From: an uncultured Chloroflexia bacterium
GTDB taxonomy: Bacteria; Chloroflexota; Limnocylindria; Limnocylindrales; CSP1-4
DNA: 64,000 nucleotides
Direction: 5' to 3'
Assembly (NCBI GenBank): GCA_963766735.1
Contig: CAVYBU010000002.1
Coordinates: 160,001-224,000 of the forward strand
Shown piece after piece: positions 8,543 to 17,925 of the stretch. The notes under the pieces were generated by a model that worked only from the letters and a program-made list of their open reading frames with translations, had not been told where the DNA came from and did not search any database. Both the position numbers and the translations under genes were made by a program. Each line of letters starts with the position of its first letter. The first letter of the stretch is position 1.

Positions 8543-11500
8543 ATGACCGTCCCGACCCCGTACGAGCGCCCGCACCGGCCGAAGCCCGAGTCCGTCCTGA
8601 TCCTGGGCTCGGGGCCGGTCGTCATCGGACAGGCGGCCGAGTTCGACTACGCCGGCACCCAGGCCTGCCGCGCGCTCCGAGCCGAGGGTGTGCGCACGAT
8701 CCTGGTCAACTCCAACCCGGCCACGATCATGACGGACCCCACCGTCGCAGACGCGGTCTACCTCGAACCGCTCACCGTCGCCGCCATCGAGGCCGTGATC
8801 GCCCGCGAGAAGCCGGAGGGACTGCTGGCAGGGCTGGGCGGGCAGACGGCGCTGAACCTGGCGATGGCGCTGGCCGAGGCCGGCGTCCTGGACCGGCACA
8901 ACGTCCGCCTCCTGGGCACGCCGCTCGAGGCAATCCGGATGGCCGAGGACCGCGAGGCGTTCCGGGACCTGCTCGAACGCATCGACCAGCCCTACGCGCC
9001 CTCGTTCATCGTCGAGGGCGCCGACGACGACGCGCGCCAGGCATCCGCCCGGGAGGCCCTGGACACCATCGGCCTGCCGGCCATCATCCGGCCCGCGTTC
9101 ACCCTGGGCGGGACCGGCGGGGGCATCGTCGAGACGGAGGGGGCCTACTGGGAGCGCGTCAAGGCCGGCCTCCGCGCCAGCCCGATCAGGCAGGTGATGA
9201 TCGAGCGCTGCCTGGTCGGCTGGCAGGAGATCGAATACGAGGTCATGCGCGACGCCGAGGACACCTGCATCGCGGTGTGCTCGATGGAGAACGTGGACCC
9301 GCTGGGGGTCCACACCGGCGACTCGATCGTCGTGGCGCCCGTCCAGACGCTGACCGACCAGGTCCACCAGCGGCTGCGGAGCGCCGCGCTGACGATCATC
9401 CGCGCCCTGGGCGTGGAGGGCGGCTGCAACGTCCAGTTCGCGCTCTCGCCGGACTCCACCGAATACGCGGTCATCGAGGTGAACCCGCGGGTCTCGCGCT
9501 CGTCGGCCCTGGCATCCAAGGCCACGGGCTACCCGATCGCCCGTGTGGCCGCGCAGATCGCCGCGGGCCGGACGCTGGCCGAGATCCCGAACGTGGTCAC
9601 GGGGACGACCGTTGCCGCGTTCGAGCCCGCGCTGGACTACGTGGTGGTCAAGCTGCCGCGCTTCCCGTTCGACAAGTTCCCGACCGCGGACCGCCGCCTG
9701 GGCTCGCAGATGAAGGCCACCGGCGAGGTGATGGCGATCGACCGGACCTTCGGCGCCGCTCTCAACAAGGCCCTCCGGGGCCTGGAGCAGGCCGGGGCCG
9801 GGCCGTTGGGCGAGGACCCGTCATGGCGTCCGACCCTCGACTACCTGGCCGCGGTCTACGCGGGCTCCGAGGCAGGCCCCGACGCGGATGCCGAGGCGGA
9901 AGAGGACCCGCTGCTCCCCGATGACGACGCGGCGATCCGCTGGGTGGACGAGCGTGGCCAGGCGTGCGAGAGCACCCGGTTTGCGCAGCGCTCGGCCGCG
10001 CCGATCGTCCTGCGGCAGTTCCTGGAGCCGTCCGATTCGCGGCTGTGGCGCCTGCTTGGCCTCCTGCGCCGCGGCGTGCCCCAGGAGGTGGTCCGGCGGG
10101 CGACGGGCATCTCGCCCTGGTTCCTCGCGGAGATGGGCCGGAACCTCGCGCTGGAACGGGACGTGAGGGCAGCGGGCGGCCGCCTCGTGGATCCGGACGA
10201 CGGCGAGGCGGCCTCGCTCCTGGCCACGGCCAAGCGCGCCGCGTTCTCGGACCGGGACCTGGGGATCCTGGCGGGCGTCCAGGAGGCCGCCGTCCGCGGC
10301 GCACGGACGGCCCTGGGGCTGATCCCCGGCTACGCGATGGTGGACACCTGCGCGGCGGAGTTCGCCGCCGAGACGCCGTACTTCTACTCGACCTACGCGT
10401 CGGCCGGCTCGCCGCCCGAGGCGCCCCCGGTACGACGGCCCGCTGCGCTTGTGATCGGCAGCGGCCCCGTCCGAATCGGGCAGGGGATCGAGTTCGACTA
10501 CTGCGCCGTCCAGGCCGCGGACGTCCTCCGTCGCGAGGGGTGGGGCGCGGTCATGGTCAACTCGAACCCGGAGACGGTCTCCACGGACTTCGACGCGTCC
10601 ACGCGCCTGTACTTCGAACCGCTGGACACCGAGAGCGTGCGCAGCATCATCGAGTTCGAGAGTGGCGCCACCGGGATGGATCCGGCCGCGGCCGCGGACC
10701 TGCTGCCCGCCGTGGTGGCGTTCGGCGGCCAGACGCCGCTCAACCTCGCCGCGCCGCTGGTCGCGAGCGGCGTGCCGCTGCTGGGCTCCGACCTGGAGGC
10801 GATCGACCAGGCTGAGGAGCGGACGCGGTTCTCGTCGCTCCTGGACCGCCTGGGCATCCCACAGCCCGAGGGCGGCATGGCCGAGTCGATCGAGGAGGCC
10901 CTCACGCTCGCCGAGCGGATCGGCTACCCGGTCATCGTGCGGCCGTCGTTCGTCATCGGCGGCCTCGCCATCGACTTCGCGTACTCGCCCGAGGACCTCG
11001 CGCGTCACCTGGCAGCCGCCGTTGTCGTGGACCCCGACCGACCGGTGCGCATCGACCGCTTCCTCGAGGGCATCGAGGTGGACGTGGATGCCATCTCCGA
11101 CGGGACGGACGTGCTGATCCCAGGACTGCTGGAGCACGTCGAGCGGGCCGGCGTCCACTCGGGGGACTCGATCGGGGTGTTCCCGCCGCAGCACGTGGCG
11201 GATGGCGACCAGGCCCTGATCGTCGCCACGATGGAGCGCATCTGCCTGGCTCTCGGCGCGAAAGGGCTCGTCAACGCCCAGTTCATCGTCCGTGACGACG
11301 GCGTCTACCTGATCGAGGTCAACCCGCGCGCCTCGCGAACGGTCCCGTTCATGTCCAAGGTGACCGGAGTCCCGATGGTGGAGCTGGCGGTCCGCATCTC
11401 GCTCGGCTCGACGCTGGCGGGGATGGGCTGGTCGGGCGGGCTACGGCCGGTGCCGCCGTTCGTCTCGGTCAAGGCACCGGCGTTCTCGACCGCCAAGCTC

Positions 11501-12073
11501 AAGGGCGTGGACCCTTCGGTGGGACCGTTCATGCAGTCCACGGGTGAGGTCATCGGCATCGCGGTGGATCCTCGCGTGGCGATGGCGAAGGCGCTCACCG
11601 GAGCGTCGCTGATCCCGCCGCGGGCTCGGGAGGGCGAGGTGCCCCTCGCGCTGCTCTCGATCGCCGACCGGGACAAGGGCGGCCTGCTGGACCTGGCCCG
11701 CGCACTGGTCCGCGCCGGCTACCGGCTGGCGGCCACGTCCGGGACGCGCGCGGCGCTCGGGGCGGCAGGGTTCGAGGCCCTGCCGGTGGCCAAGCTCGGT
11801 TCCGAGCCCGTGGGCGACGAGGCCGGGATCCTTGCCCTGATCGAGGGCGGCGAGGTCCGGCTGGTGGTCAATACGCCGACGCCGCGTTCCGGGGCAGTAC
11901 GGGACGCCGCCGAGATCCGCCACACGGCGATCGCGGAGGGTGTGCTGTGCCTGACCGCGATCGAGACCGGGGTCGCTGCCGCGGAGGCGCTGGACCCGGC
12001 GATCGCCGACGACATCGCAGTCGTGCGCCCGATCACGGACTGGGTGCCGATCGGGGGGACGCCGGCCAGCTGA
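8543..12073 (+). CDS. carB: Carbamoyl-phosphate synthase large subunit
   Basis: GSGPVVIGQAAEFDYAG, NSNPATIMTD, EVNPRVSRSSALASKATG, second ATP-grasp domain and MGS-like C-terminus. Confidence 0.98.
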   Translation: MTVPTPYERPHRPKPESVLILGSGPVVIGQAAEFDYAGTQACRALRAEGVRTILVNSNPATIMTDPTVADAVYLEPLTVAAIEAVIAREKPEGLLAGLGGQTALNLAMALAEAGVLDRHNVRLLGTPLEAIRMAEDREAFRDLLERIDQPYAPSFIVEGADDDARQASAREALDTIGLPAIIRPAFTLGGTGGGIVETEGAYWERVKAGLRASPIRQVMIERCLVGWQEIEYEVMRDAEDTCIAVCSMENVDPLGVHTGDSIVVAPVQTLTDQVHQRLRSAALTIIRALGVEGGCNVQFALSPDSTEYAVIEVNPRVSRSSALASKATGYPIARVAAQIAAGRTLAEIPNVVTGTTVAAFEPALDYVVVKLPRFPFDKFPTADRRLGSQMKATGEVMAIDRTFGAALNKALRGLEQAGAGPLGEDPSWRPTLDYLAAVYAGSEAGPDADAEAEEDPLLPDDDAAIRWVDERGQACESTRFAQRSAAPIVLRQFLEPSDSRLWRLLGLLRRGVPQEVVRRATGISPWFLAEMGRNLALERDVRAAGGRLVDPDDGEAASLLATAKRAAFSDRDLGILAGVQEAAVRGARTALGLIPGYAMVDTCAAEFAAETPYFYSTYASAGSPPEAPPVRRPAALVIGSGPVRIGQGIEFDYCAVQAADVLRREGWGAVMVNSNPETVSTDFDASTRLYFEPLDTESVRSIIEFESGATGMDPAAAADLLPAVVAFGGQTPLNLAAPLVASGVPLLGSDLEAIDQAEERTRFSSLLDRLGIPQPEGGMAESIEEALTLAERIGYPVIVRPSFVIGGLAIDFAYSPEDLARHLAAAVVVDPDRPVRIDRFLEGIEVDVDAISDGTDVLIPGLLEHVERAGVHSGDSIGVFPPQHVADGDQALIVATMERICLALGAKGLVNAQFIVRDDGVYLIEVNPRASRTVPFMSKVTGVPMVELAVRISLGSTLAGMGWSGGLRPVPPFVSVKAPAFSTAKLKGVDPSVGPFMQSTGEVIGIAVDPRVAMAKALTGASLIPPRAREGEVPLALLSIADRDKGGLLDLARALVRAGYRLAATSGTRAALGAAGFEALPVAKLGSEPVGDEAGILALIEGGEVRLVVNTPTPRSGAVRDAAEIRHTAIAEGVLCLTAIETGVAAAEALDPAIADDIAVVRPITDWVPIGGTPAS

Positions 12074-12099
12074 GTGCGGGTCCTGGGCGCCGGTCGCGG

Positions 12100-12150
12100 G
12101 CTGTGCGCCGTCGCGCGCTGTGCGCCGTCGCGCGCTGTGCGCCGTCGCGG
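12100..12150. repeat. 17-bp tandem repeat x3 (GCTGTGCGCCGTCGCGC)
   Basis: Read directly in the gap between convergent genes. Confidence 0.9.
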
Positions 12151-12184
12151 GCCTCTGAGGCGGTCCGGCGCGGAGCTCCGTGGG

Positions 12185-13678
12185 TCAGGCGGGGCGGGCG
12201 ATCCCCGGGGCGCAGACCGGGGCGCAGCCCGCGGCGGTCTCCTGGTCCACGACGATCGCCTGGCCCAGCGACCAGAGCGTCAGCGTCGTCAGCGCCACCA
12301 TCATCACGGCGAGGGGAACCTCGCGGGCGCGAACGTTGCGCGGGCGTGGCGCCTCAGGGGCATGGATCCTCCGGTGGCGCATGTCCCGCGCCGGCTTTGG
12401 CTGGCGCTCGGCGTCCATGTCCCGCTGGGCCGTGACGTGCCCGGCCCATGCACCCAGCATGTGCCCGCCCACGACGGCCACCAGCTGCACGGTCCAGACG
12501 AGCCCGGGCGGCAGCCAGGCCCCGGATGGCTCGAAGAATGCGGTGCCGAAGAGGTCGTCGCCTCGCTGGAGCGGGTCCGAGAGGGCGATCAGGATCCGCT
12601 GGCCATCGATCAGCAGGTAGGTCAGGTAGTGCGCGACCAGGTAGCCGACGGCGATCGGCAGCAGGCCGGCCCCGATCGCCCCCGGGCTCACGGTGCGCGC
12701 CACGACGATCGCGCCGCCGACGATCGCGCCGATGAACGCGCCCAGGAGGAGCGTCTGCGTGCCGATAGAGGGATTGCCGAACACGGTGGCGAAGGCGGCG
12801 GTCTGCGAGAGCCCATCGAAGATGATCGACCCCGTCCCGATGGCCACCAGCACGATGCGGGGCGTGGTCCAGGACGCGTCCAGCAGTCCGGCTGCGAACG
12901 GGCGCCGGACGACACGGGCGACGTCCACCCCGTGCGGCGATCCGCCCGCGACGGTGCCGTATGGGGCAAGGAGGTTGAGCGTCCGGAACCAGACCGTGAA
13001 CGTCTCACCCTCGGCGCGCCACGCATCGCGCCCGAAGTGGGCCATCAGCGCCAGGGTGAGGATCGTGTACCCGAGAAGGACGACGGTGAGGGTCGCGTTC
13101 CCCGCCACCGCCACCAGCTCCAGCCAGACGAAGAACGCGAGCCCGGCTGCGGCCGGCCAGACGCGCAGTCGCGCCGGGATGGGGGACGGGCGCCAGCCGC
13201 GGATCCCGGCCCGGCGCAGGACCCAGGCCAGGATGTCGTGAAGGGTGGCGAAGGGGTCGAGCCACTCCCAGACGGGACCGGCCAGCGCCGACAGCACGGC
13301 GATCCCCACCCAGCCGAACACCCACAGGAACAGCGACGCGACGGCCCCGGCGGATGCGCCGCCCGCCAGCCCCTGGAGCATGATCCACGTCCAGCCGGCG
13401 AGCCCCACGCCGCGGAGTGCCGCCCGGAGGGCGCGGGGCACGGCGACCAGTTTGGGATCCGCCGCAGGCGCCGCCCGCATGTCGCGGGCCAGCACGAACA
13501 GGAACGAGAGCGCCACGACCGCGGCCGCGCCGGCCAGGTACACGACCAGCGGGAGGGGGCTCTGGTACACGGGGGATAGGCCGTGGGCAGTGGCGACGGC
13601 GGGCAGTGCCGCAACCAGCAGCATCCCGGCGGCGCCGCCCATCAGGCGAGCCGGGATTCGGGCGCGAGGGTGCTGCAC
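12185..13678 (-). CDS. Polytopic membrane protein (FedB/'fenitrothion hydrolase'-annotated family)
   Basis: Signal peptide, then HGLSPVYQSPLPLVVYLAGAAAVVALSF; LLPIAVGYLVAHYL; VVGGHMLG; about 11 TMs. Confidence 0.7.
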   Translation of the reverse strand: MQHPRARIPARLMGGAAGMLLVAALPAVATAHGLSPVYQSPLPLVVYLAGAAAVVALSFLFVLARDMRAAPAADPKLVAVPRALRAALRGVGLAGWTWIMLQGLAGGASAGAVASLFLWVFGWVGIAVLSALAGPVWEWLDPFATLHDILAWVLRRAGIRGWRPSPIPARLRVWPAAAGLAFFVWLELVAVAGNATLTVVLLGYTILTLALMAHFGRDAWRAEGETFTVWFRTLNLLAPYGTVAGGSPHGVDVARVVRRPFAAGLLDASWTTPRIVLVAIGTGSIIFDGLSQTAAFATVFGNPSIGTQTLLLGAFIGAIVGGAIVVARTVSPGAIGAGLLPIAVGYLVAHYLTYLLIDGQRILIALSDPLQRGDDLFGTAFFEPSGAWLPPGLVWTVQLVAVVGGHMLGAWAGHVTAQRDMDAERQPKPARDMRHRRIHAPEAPRPRNVRAREVPLAVMMVALTTLTLWSLGQAIVVDQETAAGCAPVCAPGIARPA

Positions 13679-13681
13679 TCG

Positions 13682-14365
13682 TCAGGCCCTGCGACTGCGC
13701 CGAAGGACGAGCATTCCGACGCCGGCCATCATGATCAGCCCTGCGGCGATCGGGATCAGCACCTCGATGGTCGGAGTGGCGGCCGACTCGGCGTCGTCAG
13801 GGGGGCTGGGAGCCGCCGTTTCGGGGGTGACCGGCTCCAGAGTTGCCGGCCCGGGGGTCGGGTCCGCGGTGGGGTCCGCGGTCGGGTCGGGCGTCGCGGG
13901 CGAGGCGGTCGCCGCTGGCGTCTCGGGTGCCGCGGGTGTCGGCGTGGGCTCGGCGACGGTGAACGCGAGCGTGCCCCGGATGAGGTGCCCGTCCGGCGAG
14001 GCAGCCGTCCAGCGGACCTCGTAGGCACCGGCTGCCAGCGTCAGCCCATCGAGGGCCATGACCTTCGCGCTCGCCTTGGTCACCTTGCCGGTACCGACGG
14101 TACCGTCCGGGCCGAGCAGCTTGAACGAGCTCTTCCCGGTATCGAGGGCCTCGCTGAAGGTCAGGCTCACCTTCGTCGGCGGCGTCTCCAGGACCGCACC
14201 GTCCTTGGGGCTGGACTCGACCAGGTCGGCATGGGCGAGGGCGGGCGCGGCGATCACCAGCGCGAGCAGAAGCCCCGCCGCGACGGAGATGCCCCAGCCG
14301 AAGGCGGGTATTCTCCTGAGGCGCCGCTGTCGGGCCGTTGGCTGGTTGATGGCGTCGGTGCTCAC
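13682..14365 (-). CDS. copC: CopC-family copper-binding protein with Pro/Thr linker and C-terminal membrane anchor
   Basis: ALA|HADLVESSP...LTFSE...YEVRWTAASPDGH; start set at the GTG 8 nt after TAGACT. Confidence 0.85.
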   Translation of the reverse strand: MSTDAINQPTARQRRLRRIPAFGWGISVAAGLLLALVIAAPALAHADLVESSPKDGAVLETPPTKVSLTFSEALDTGKSSFKLLGPDGTVGTGKVTKASAKVMALDGLTLAAGAYEVRWTAASPDGHLIRGTLAFTVAEPTPTPAAPETPAATASPATPDPTADPTADPTPGPATLEPVTPETAAPSPPDDAESAATPTIEVLIPIAAGLIMMAGVGMLVLRRSRRA

Positions 14366-14466
14366 GGTGCCGGAGTCTACAAGCGGCGCCGGGACCATGC
14401 CGTCCGCGGTCCGGCGGCTCTGCTCATGCGCCCGGCCACGGCGGGCGAACACAGGCAACGTCATCC

Positions 14467-14934
14467 GTGGCCACAGCCCCCAGAGGTTCGATGCCCACCC
14501 CGTCCGATCCCATGCCGATCCCGCCCATCTCGATCATCGCGCCCGCCGCGCATGATGGCCCCTACGTGCCGGGGGTCTGCAACATCGGGCCGTGGGAGAT
14601 CCGGCGGCGCCGGACCTACGCGGTCATCGGCTTCGCGGTGGCGCTCGTCCTGTTCGTCGCGCTGGTCGCCGCCGGCGCGCCGCCCATCGCGCGGCTGCTC
14701 GTCCTGCTGCCTCTCTGGGGTGGCGCGCTCTCGTGGCTCCAGGCGCGGCGGCGGTTCTGCGCCGGTTTCGCGATGGCGGGCATCAGCAACTTCGCGGACG
14801 GCGGGGCGGGGCGCCAGGCCGTGAAGGATCCGGTGGCGCATCGCGCGGATGTCCGGGCCACGCTGCGCATGACGCTCGACTCGTTCCTGATCGCGTTTCC
14901 CGTGACGATCGTGGCGGTGCTGCTCCCGGTGTAG
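14467..14934 (+). CDS. Conserved hypothetical membrane protein (PGVCNIG-x4-RRRR motif)
   Basis: Three hydrophobic segments and two Cys; start uncertain (ATG 14491 possible). Confidence 0.7.
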   Translation: MATAPRGSMPTPSDPMPIPPISIIAPAAHDGPYVPGVCNIGPWEIRRRRTYAVIGFAVALVLFVALVAAGAPPIARLLVLLPLWGGALSWLQARRRFCAGFAMAGISNFADGGAGRQAVKDPVAHRADVRATLRMTLDSFLIAFPVTIVAVLLPV

Positions 14935-15130
14935 GGATGGGCGGTCCGCTCGGTGCCCGCCCCGCACGCCCTGTTCCACGGCGCAACACGACCGCGAGAC
15001 CCTTCGCCCAGCCCGGCGCGCCCGCCCCTCCCGGCCAGTGAGGTCAGCCGCCAACCGTCCGCCGACGGCCTGCGGAGCCTCCTCACCCTACAATCGCCCC
15101 AGCCCAATTCCGCCCGAGGATTCTCCCCGT

Positions 15131-16516
15131 ATGCCCGTTCCCGTCGTGGAGTTCAGTGACGAGCGTCTGCCCAACGGCCTGCGGCTCATCGTCGCGGAGG
15201 ACCACCTTGCGCCCGTCGTGGCCGTGAACCTCTGGTACAACGTCGGCTCCAAGCACGAGGTCGAGGGCAAGACCGGCTTCGCCCACCTGTTCGAGCACGT
15301 GATGTTCCAGGGATCGGCGAACGTCGGCAAGGCGGAGCACATGGCGCTCGTCCAGGCGGCCGGCGGGACCCTCAACGGCACGACCTGGCTGGATCGCACG
15401 AACTACTACGAGACGATGCCGTCGCACCAGCTGGAGCTGGCCCTGTGGCTCGAGGCGGACCGGATGGGCACGCTGCTCGAGGCGCTCAACCAGGAGAACC
15501 TGGACAACCAGCGCGACGTCGTCAAGAACGAGAAGCGCTGGAGCTACGACAACCGGCCCTACGGGTCCTGGAACGAGAAGCTGCTGGGCCACCTCTTCCC
15601 GCCGGAGCACCCCTACCACCACCCGACGATCGGATCCATGGCGGACCTGGACGCCGCCTCGCTGGAAGACGTGAAGCAGTTCTTCGCCACCTGGTACGCG
15701 CCCAACAATGCGGTCGTCTCGGTCGCGGGGGACTGTGATCGCGCACAGGTGCGCGCGTGGGCGGACCGCTACTTCGGCCCGATCCCCGCCAACCCCTCGA
15801 TCCCGCCCCTGCCCGACATGTCGCTCCCCGAGGTCATCGGGGAGGAGATCCGGGAGACGGTGGAGGATCGCGTCCCGCTTGCACGCGTGTACCTCGGCTT
15901 CCGAGCCCCGGTGTTCGGGGACCCGCGCCTCGATGCCCTGGACCTCGCCTCGCAGCTGCTGGCCGGAGGGAAGGGGAGCCGGCTGCACCGGCGCCTCGTT
16001 CGCGAGGAGCGCATCGCCCAGGACGTGGCCATCGTCACGCTCCCGTTCGTCGGCGGGGCGTCCGTCTGCGTCGGCTGGGCCACGGCCAGGCCGGGCGTGG
16101 ACATTGCCACCGTTGAGGCCGTGTATCTCGAGGAGCTGGAGAAGCTCGCGGCCGAGCCGCCCACGGACGACGAGATGGCCCGCGCCAAGGCGCTCACCGA
16201 GGCCGACGAGCTGGGAGCTCTGGCGCGCGTGGAGGAGCGGGCGGACCGCCTGTCCACGTACGCGACGCTGTTCGACGACCCGGGGCTCATCAACACCATG
16301 CTGCCACGCTACCTCGCTGTCACGGCAGAACAGATCCGCGATGCCGCGCGTGCGGCCTTCCGCGCGGACAACCGGGTCGTCCTGACCTACATCCCGAAGC
16401 CTCCGGGCGAACAGGACGCGGATGAACCAGGCGATGCTGAGCCCGGCGAGGCCGAGCCCGGCGAGAGCGGGGCAACCGGGGCCGCCGCCGGCACCGGCGA
16501 CGAGGAGGCGGCGTGA
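15131..16516 (+). CDS. M16 (pitrilysin) family zinc peptidase, catalytic subunit
   Basis: LPNGL, KTGFAHLFEHVMF (HxxEH), WLEADRM, YAPNNA. Confidence 0.95.
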   Translation: MPVPVVEFSDERLPNGLRLIVAEDHLAPVVAVNLWYNVGSKHEVEGKTGFAHLFEHVMFQGSANVGKAEHMALVQAAGGTLNGTTWLDRTNYYETMPSHQLELALWLEADRMGTLLEALNQENLDNQRDVVKNEKRWSYDNRPYGSWNEKLLGHLFPPEHPYHHPTIGSMADLDAASLEDVKQFFATWYAPNNAVVSVAGDCDRAQVRAWADRYFGPIPANPSIPPLPDMSLPEVIGEEIRETVEDRVPLARVYLGFRAPVFGDPRLDALDLASQLLAGGKGSRLHRRLVREERIAQDVAIVTLPFVGGASVCVGWATARPGVDIATVEAVYLEELEKLAAEPPTDDEMARAKALTEADELGALARVEERADRLSTYATLFDDPGLINTMLPRYLAVTAEQIRDAARAAFRADNRVVLTYIPKPPGEQDADEPGDAEPGEAEPGESGATGAAAGTGDEEAA

Positions 16517-17925
16517 GCGCGCGCGACGGCATGATCACCCAGCGCCCGGTCCCGGGAGAGCCCAGGCCGTACGAGTTCCCGGCCACGATCCGCACGACCC
16601 TCTCCAACGGGCTTCGCGTCATGGTCACGCCCATGCCCGGGCGTGCCCTGATCGCCACCTCCATGGCCCTGCGCACAGGCGCCGTCGACGAGCCCACGGC
16701 GATCGGCGGGGCGACGGTCCTGGCCGCCCGGGCGCTCACCGAGGGCACCGAGGTCCGCGACGCCATCGCCCTGACCGAGGCCACCGAGCGCCTGGGCGCG
16801 TCGATCCACGCGGAGGCGGGCTGGGATGCCACCTCCGTCGGACTCGACGTCCCGGTGACCCGCCTGGAGCCCGCGATGGAGCTGCTGGCCGAGGTCGTCC
16901 GACGGCCGGCGTTCCCGGCCTCCGAGGTCGAGCGCCTGCGCGACGAGCGCCTCACGGACCTCCTGCAGGTGAAGGCGGACCCGCGCCGCCGCGCCGACGA
17001 GGCCTACGTGTCCTCCATCTACGCACCGTCCAGTCCGTATCACCGCCCGGCCGGCGGCACCGCGGACACCGTGACCGCGCTCACGGCGGGGGACCTGCGG
17101 GGCATCCATGCCGCCGCGTTCGTCCCGGAGCGGGCTGTCCTCGTGGTGGCCGGGGACGTGGCTCCCGACGAGGTCCTGCGCGTCGTCGAGGCGAGGTTCG
17201 GCGACTGGAATCCGTCCGGATCCGGCGCGTCGTCCGCCATCGACGACGGGAGCGCCATCGCGGAGCAGTTCATCCGCGTGATCCACCGCCCCGGCGCCGT
17301 GCAGACCGAGGTCCGCATCGGCCACCCGGGCCTGCCGCGCAGCCACCCGGATTTCCACGCCGTATCCGTCATGAGCGCCATCCTGGGGGGGCTGTTCAAC
17401 TCCCGGCTCAACATGAAGCTTCGCGAGGAGAAGGGCTATACGTATGGCGCCAGCGCCAGTTTCGACCTGCGCCGTGCCCGCGGCCCGTTCACTGCCCGCG
17501 CTGCCGTCAACACCGATGCCACCGTCCCGGCGCTGCAGGAGTTCCTGGTGGAGCTGGACCGGATCCGCGAGGAGCCGGTGACCGACGCCGAGATCAGCGC
17601 CGCGCGGGACTATCTCGTGGGCGTGTTCCCGCTCCGGTTCGAGACTCCCGGCCCGGTTGCAGGGTCGCTGGCCGGCCTGTTCGTCCACGATCTCCCGGAC
17701 GACGAGCTCACCCGGTACCGCGCGGCCATCGAGGCCGTCACCGCCGACGATTGCCTGCGCGTTGCCCGGGCGAACATCCATCCGGATCGCGCGGCGATCG
17801 TCCTCGTGGGCGACCACGACGCATTCGGCGAGGCGCTGGCCGCCGCGGGGATCGCCCCCGTCGAGGTCCAGGTGGATCCGGACCCGGCCGCCGCCGCACC
17901 GGGAGGCGCCGGCCACGACGCCTGA
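16513..17925 (+). CDS. M16 family peptidase, non-catalytic partner subunit
   Basis: LSNGL, no HxxEH, ILGGLFNSRLNMKLREEKGYTYG. Confidence 0.9.
   Translation: MSARDGMITQRPVPGEPRPYEFPATIRTTLSNGLRVMVTPMPGRALIATSMALRTGAVDEPTAIGGATVLAARALTEGTEVRDAIALTEATERLGASIHAEAGWDATSVGLDVPVTRLEPAMELLAEVVRRPAFPASEVERLRDERLTDLLQVKADPRRRADEAYVSSIYAPSSPYHRPAGGTADTVTALTAGDLRGIHAAAFVPERAVLVVAGDVAPDEVLRVVEARFGDWNPSGSGASSAIDDGSAIAEQFIRVIHRPGAVQTEVRIGHPGLPRSHPDFHAVSVMSAILGGLFNSRLNMKLREEKGYTYGASASFDLRRARGPFTARAAVNTDATVPALQEFLVELDRIREEPVTDAEISAARDYLVGVFPLRFETPGPVAGSLAGLFVHDLPDDELTRYRAAIEAVTADDCLRVARANIHPDRAAIVLVGDHDAFGEALAAAGIAPVEVQVDPDPAAAAPGGAGHDA

Noticed and set aside
12100-12150. CRISPR array (also the 19680 and 61549 repeats)
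   Set aside because: Units are contiguous with no unique spacers, and there are no cas genes
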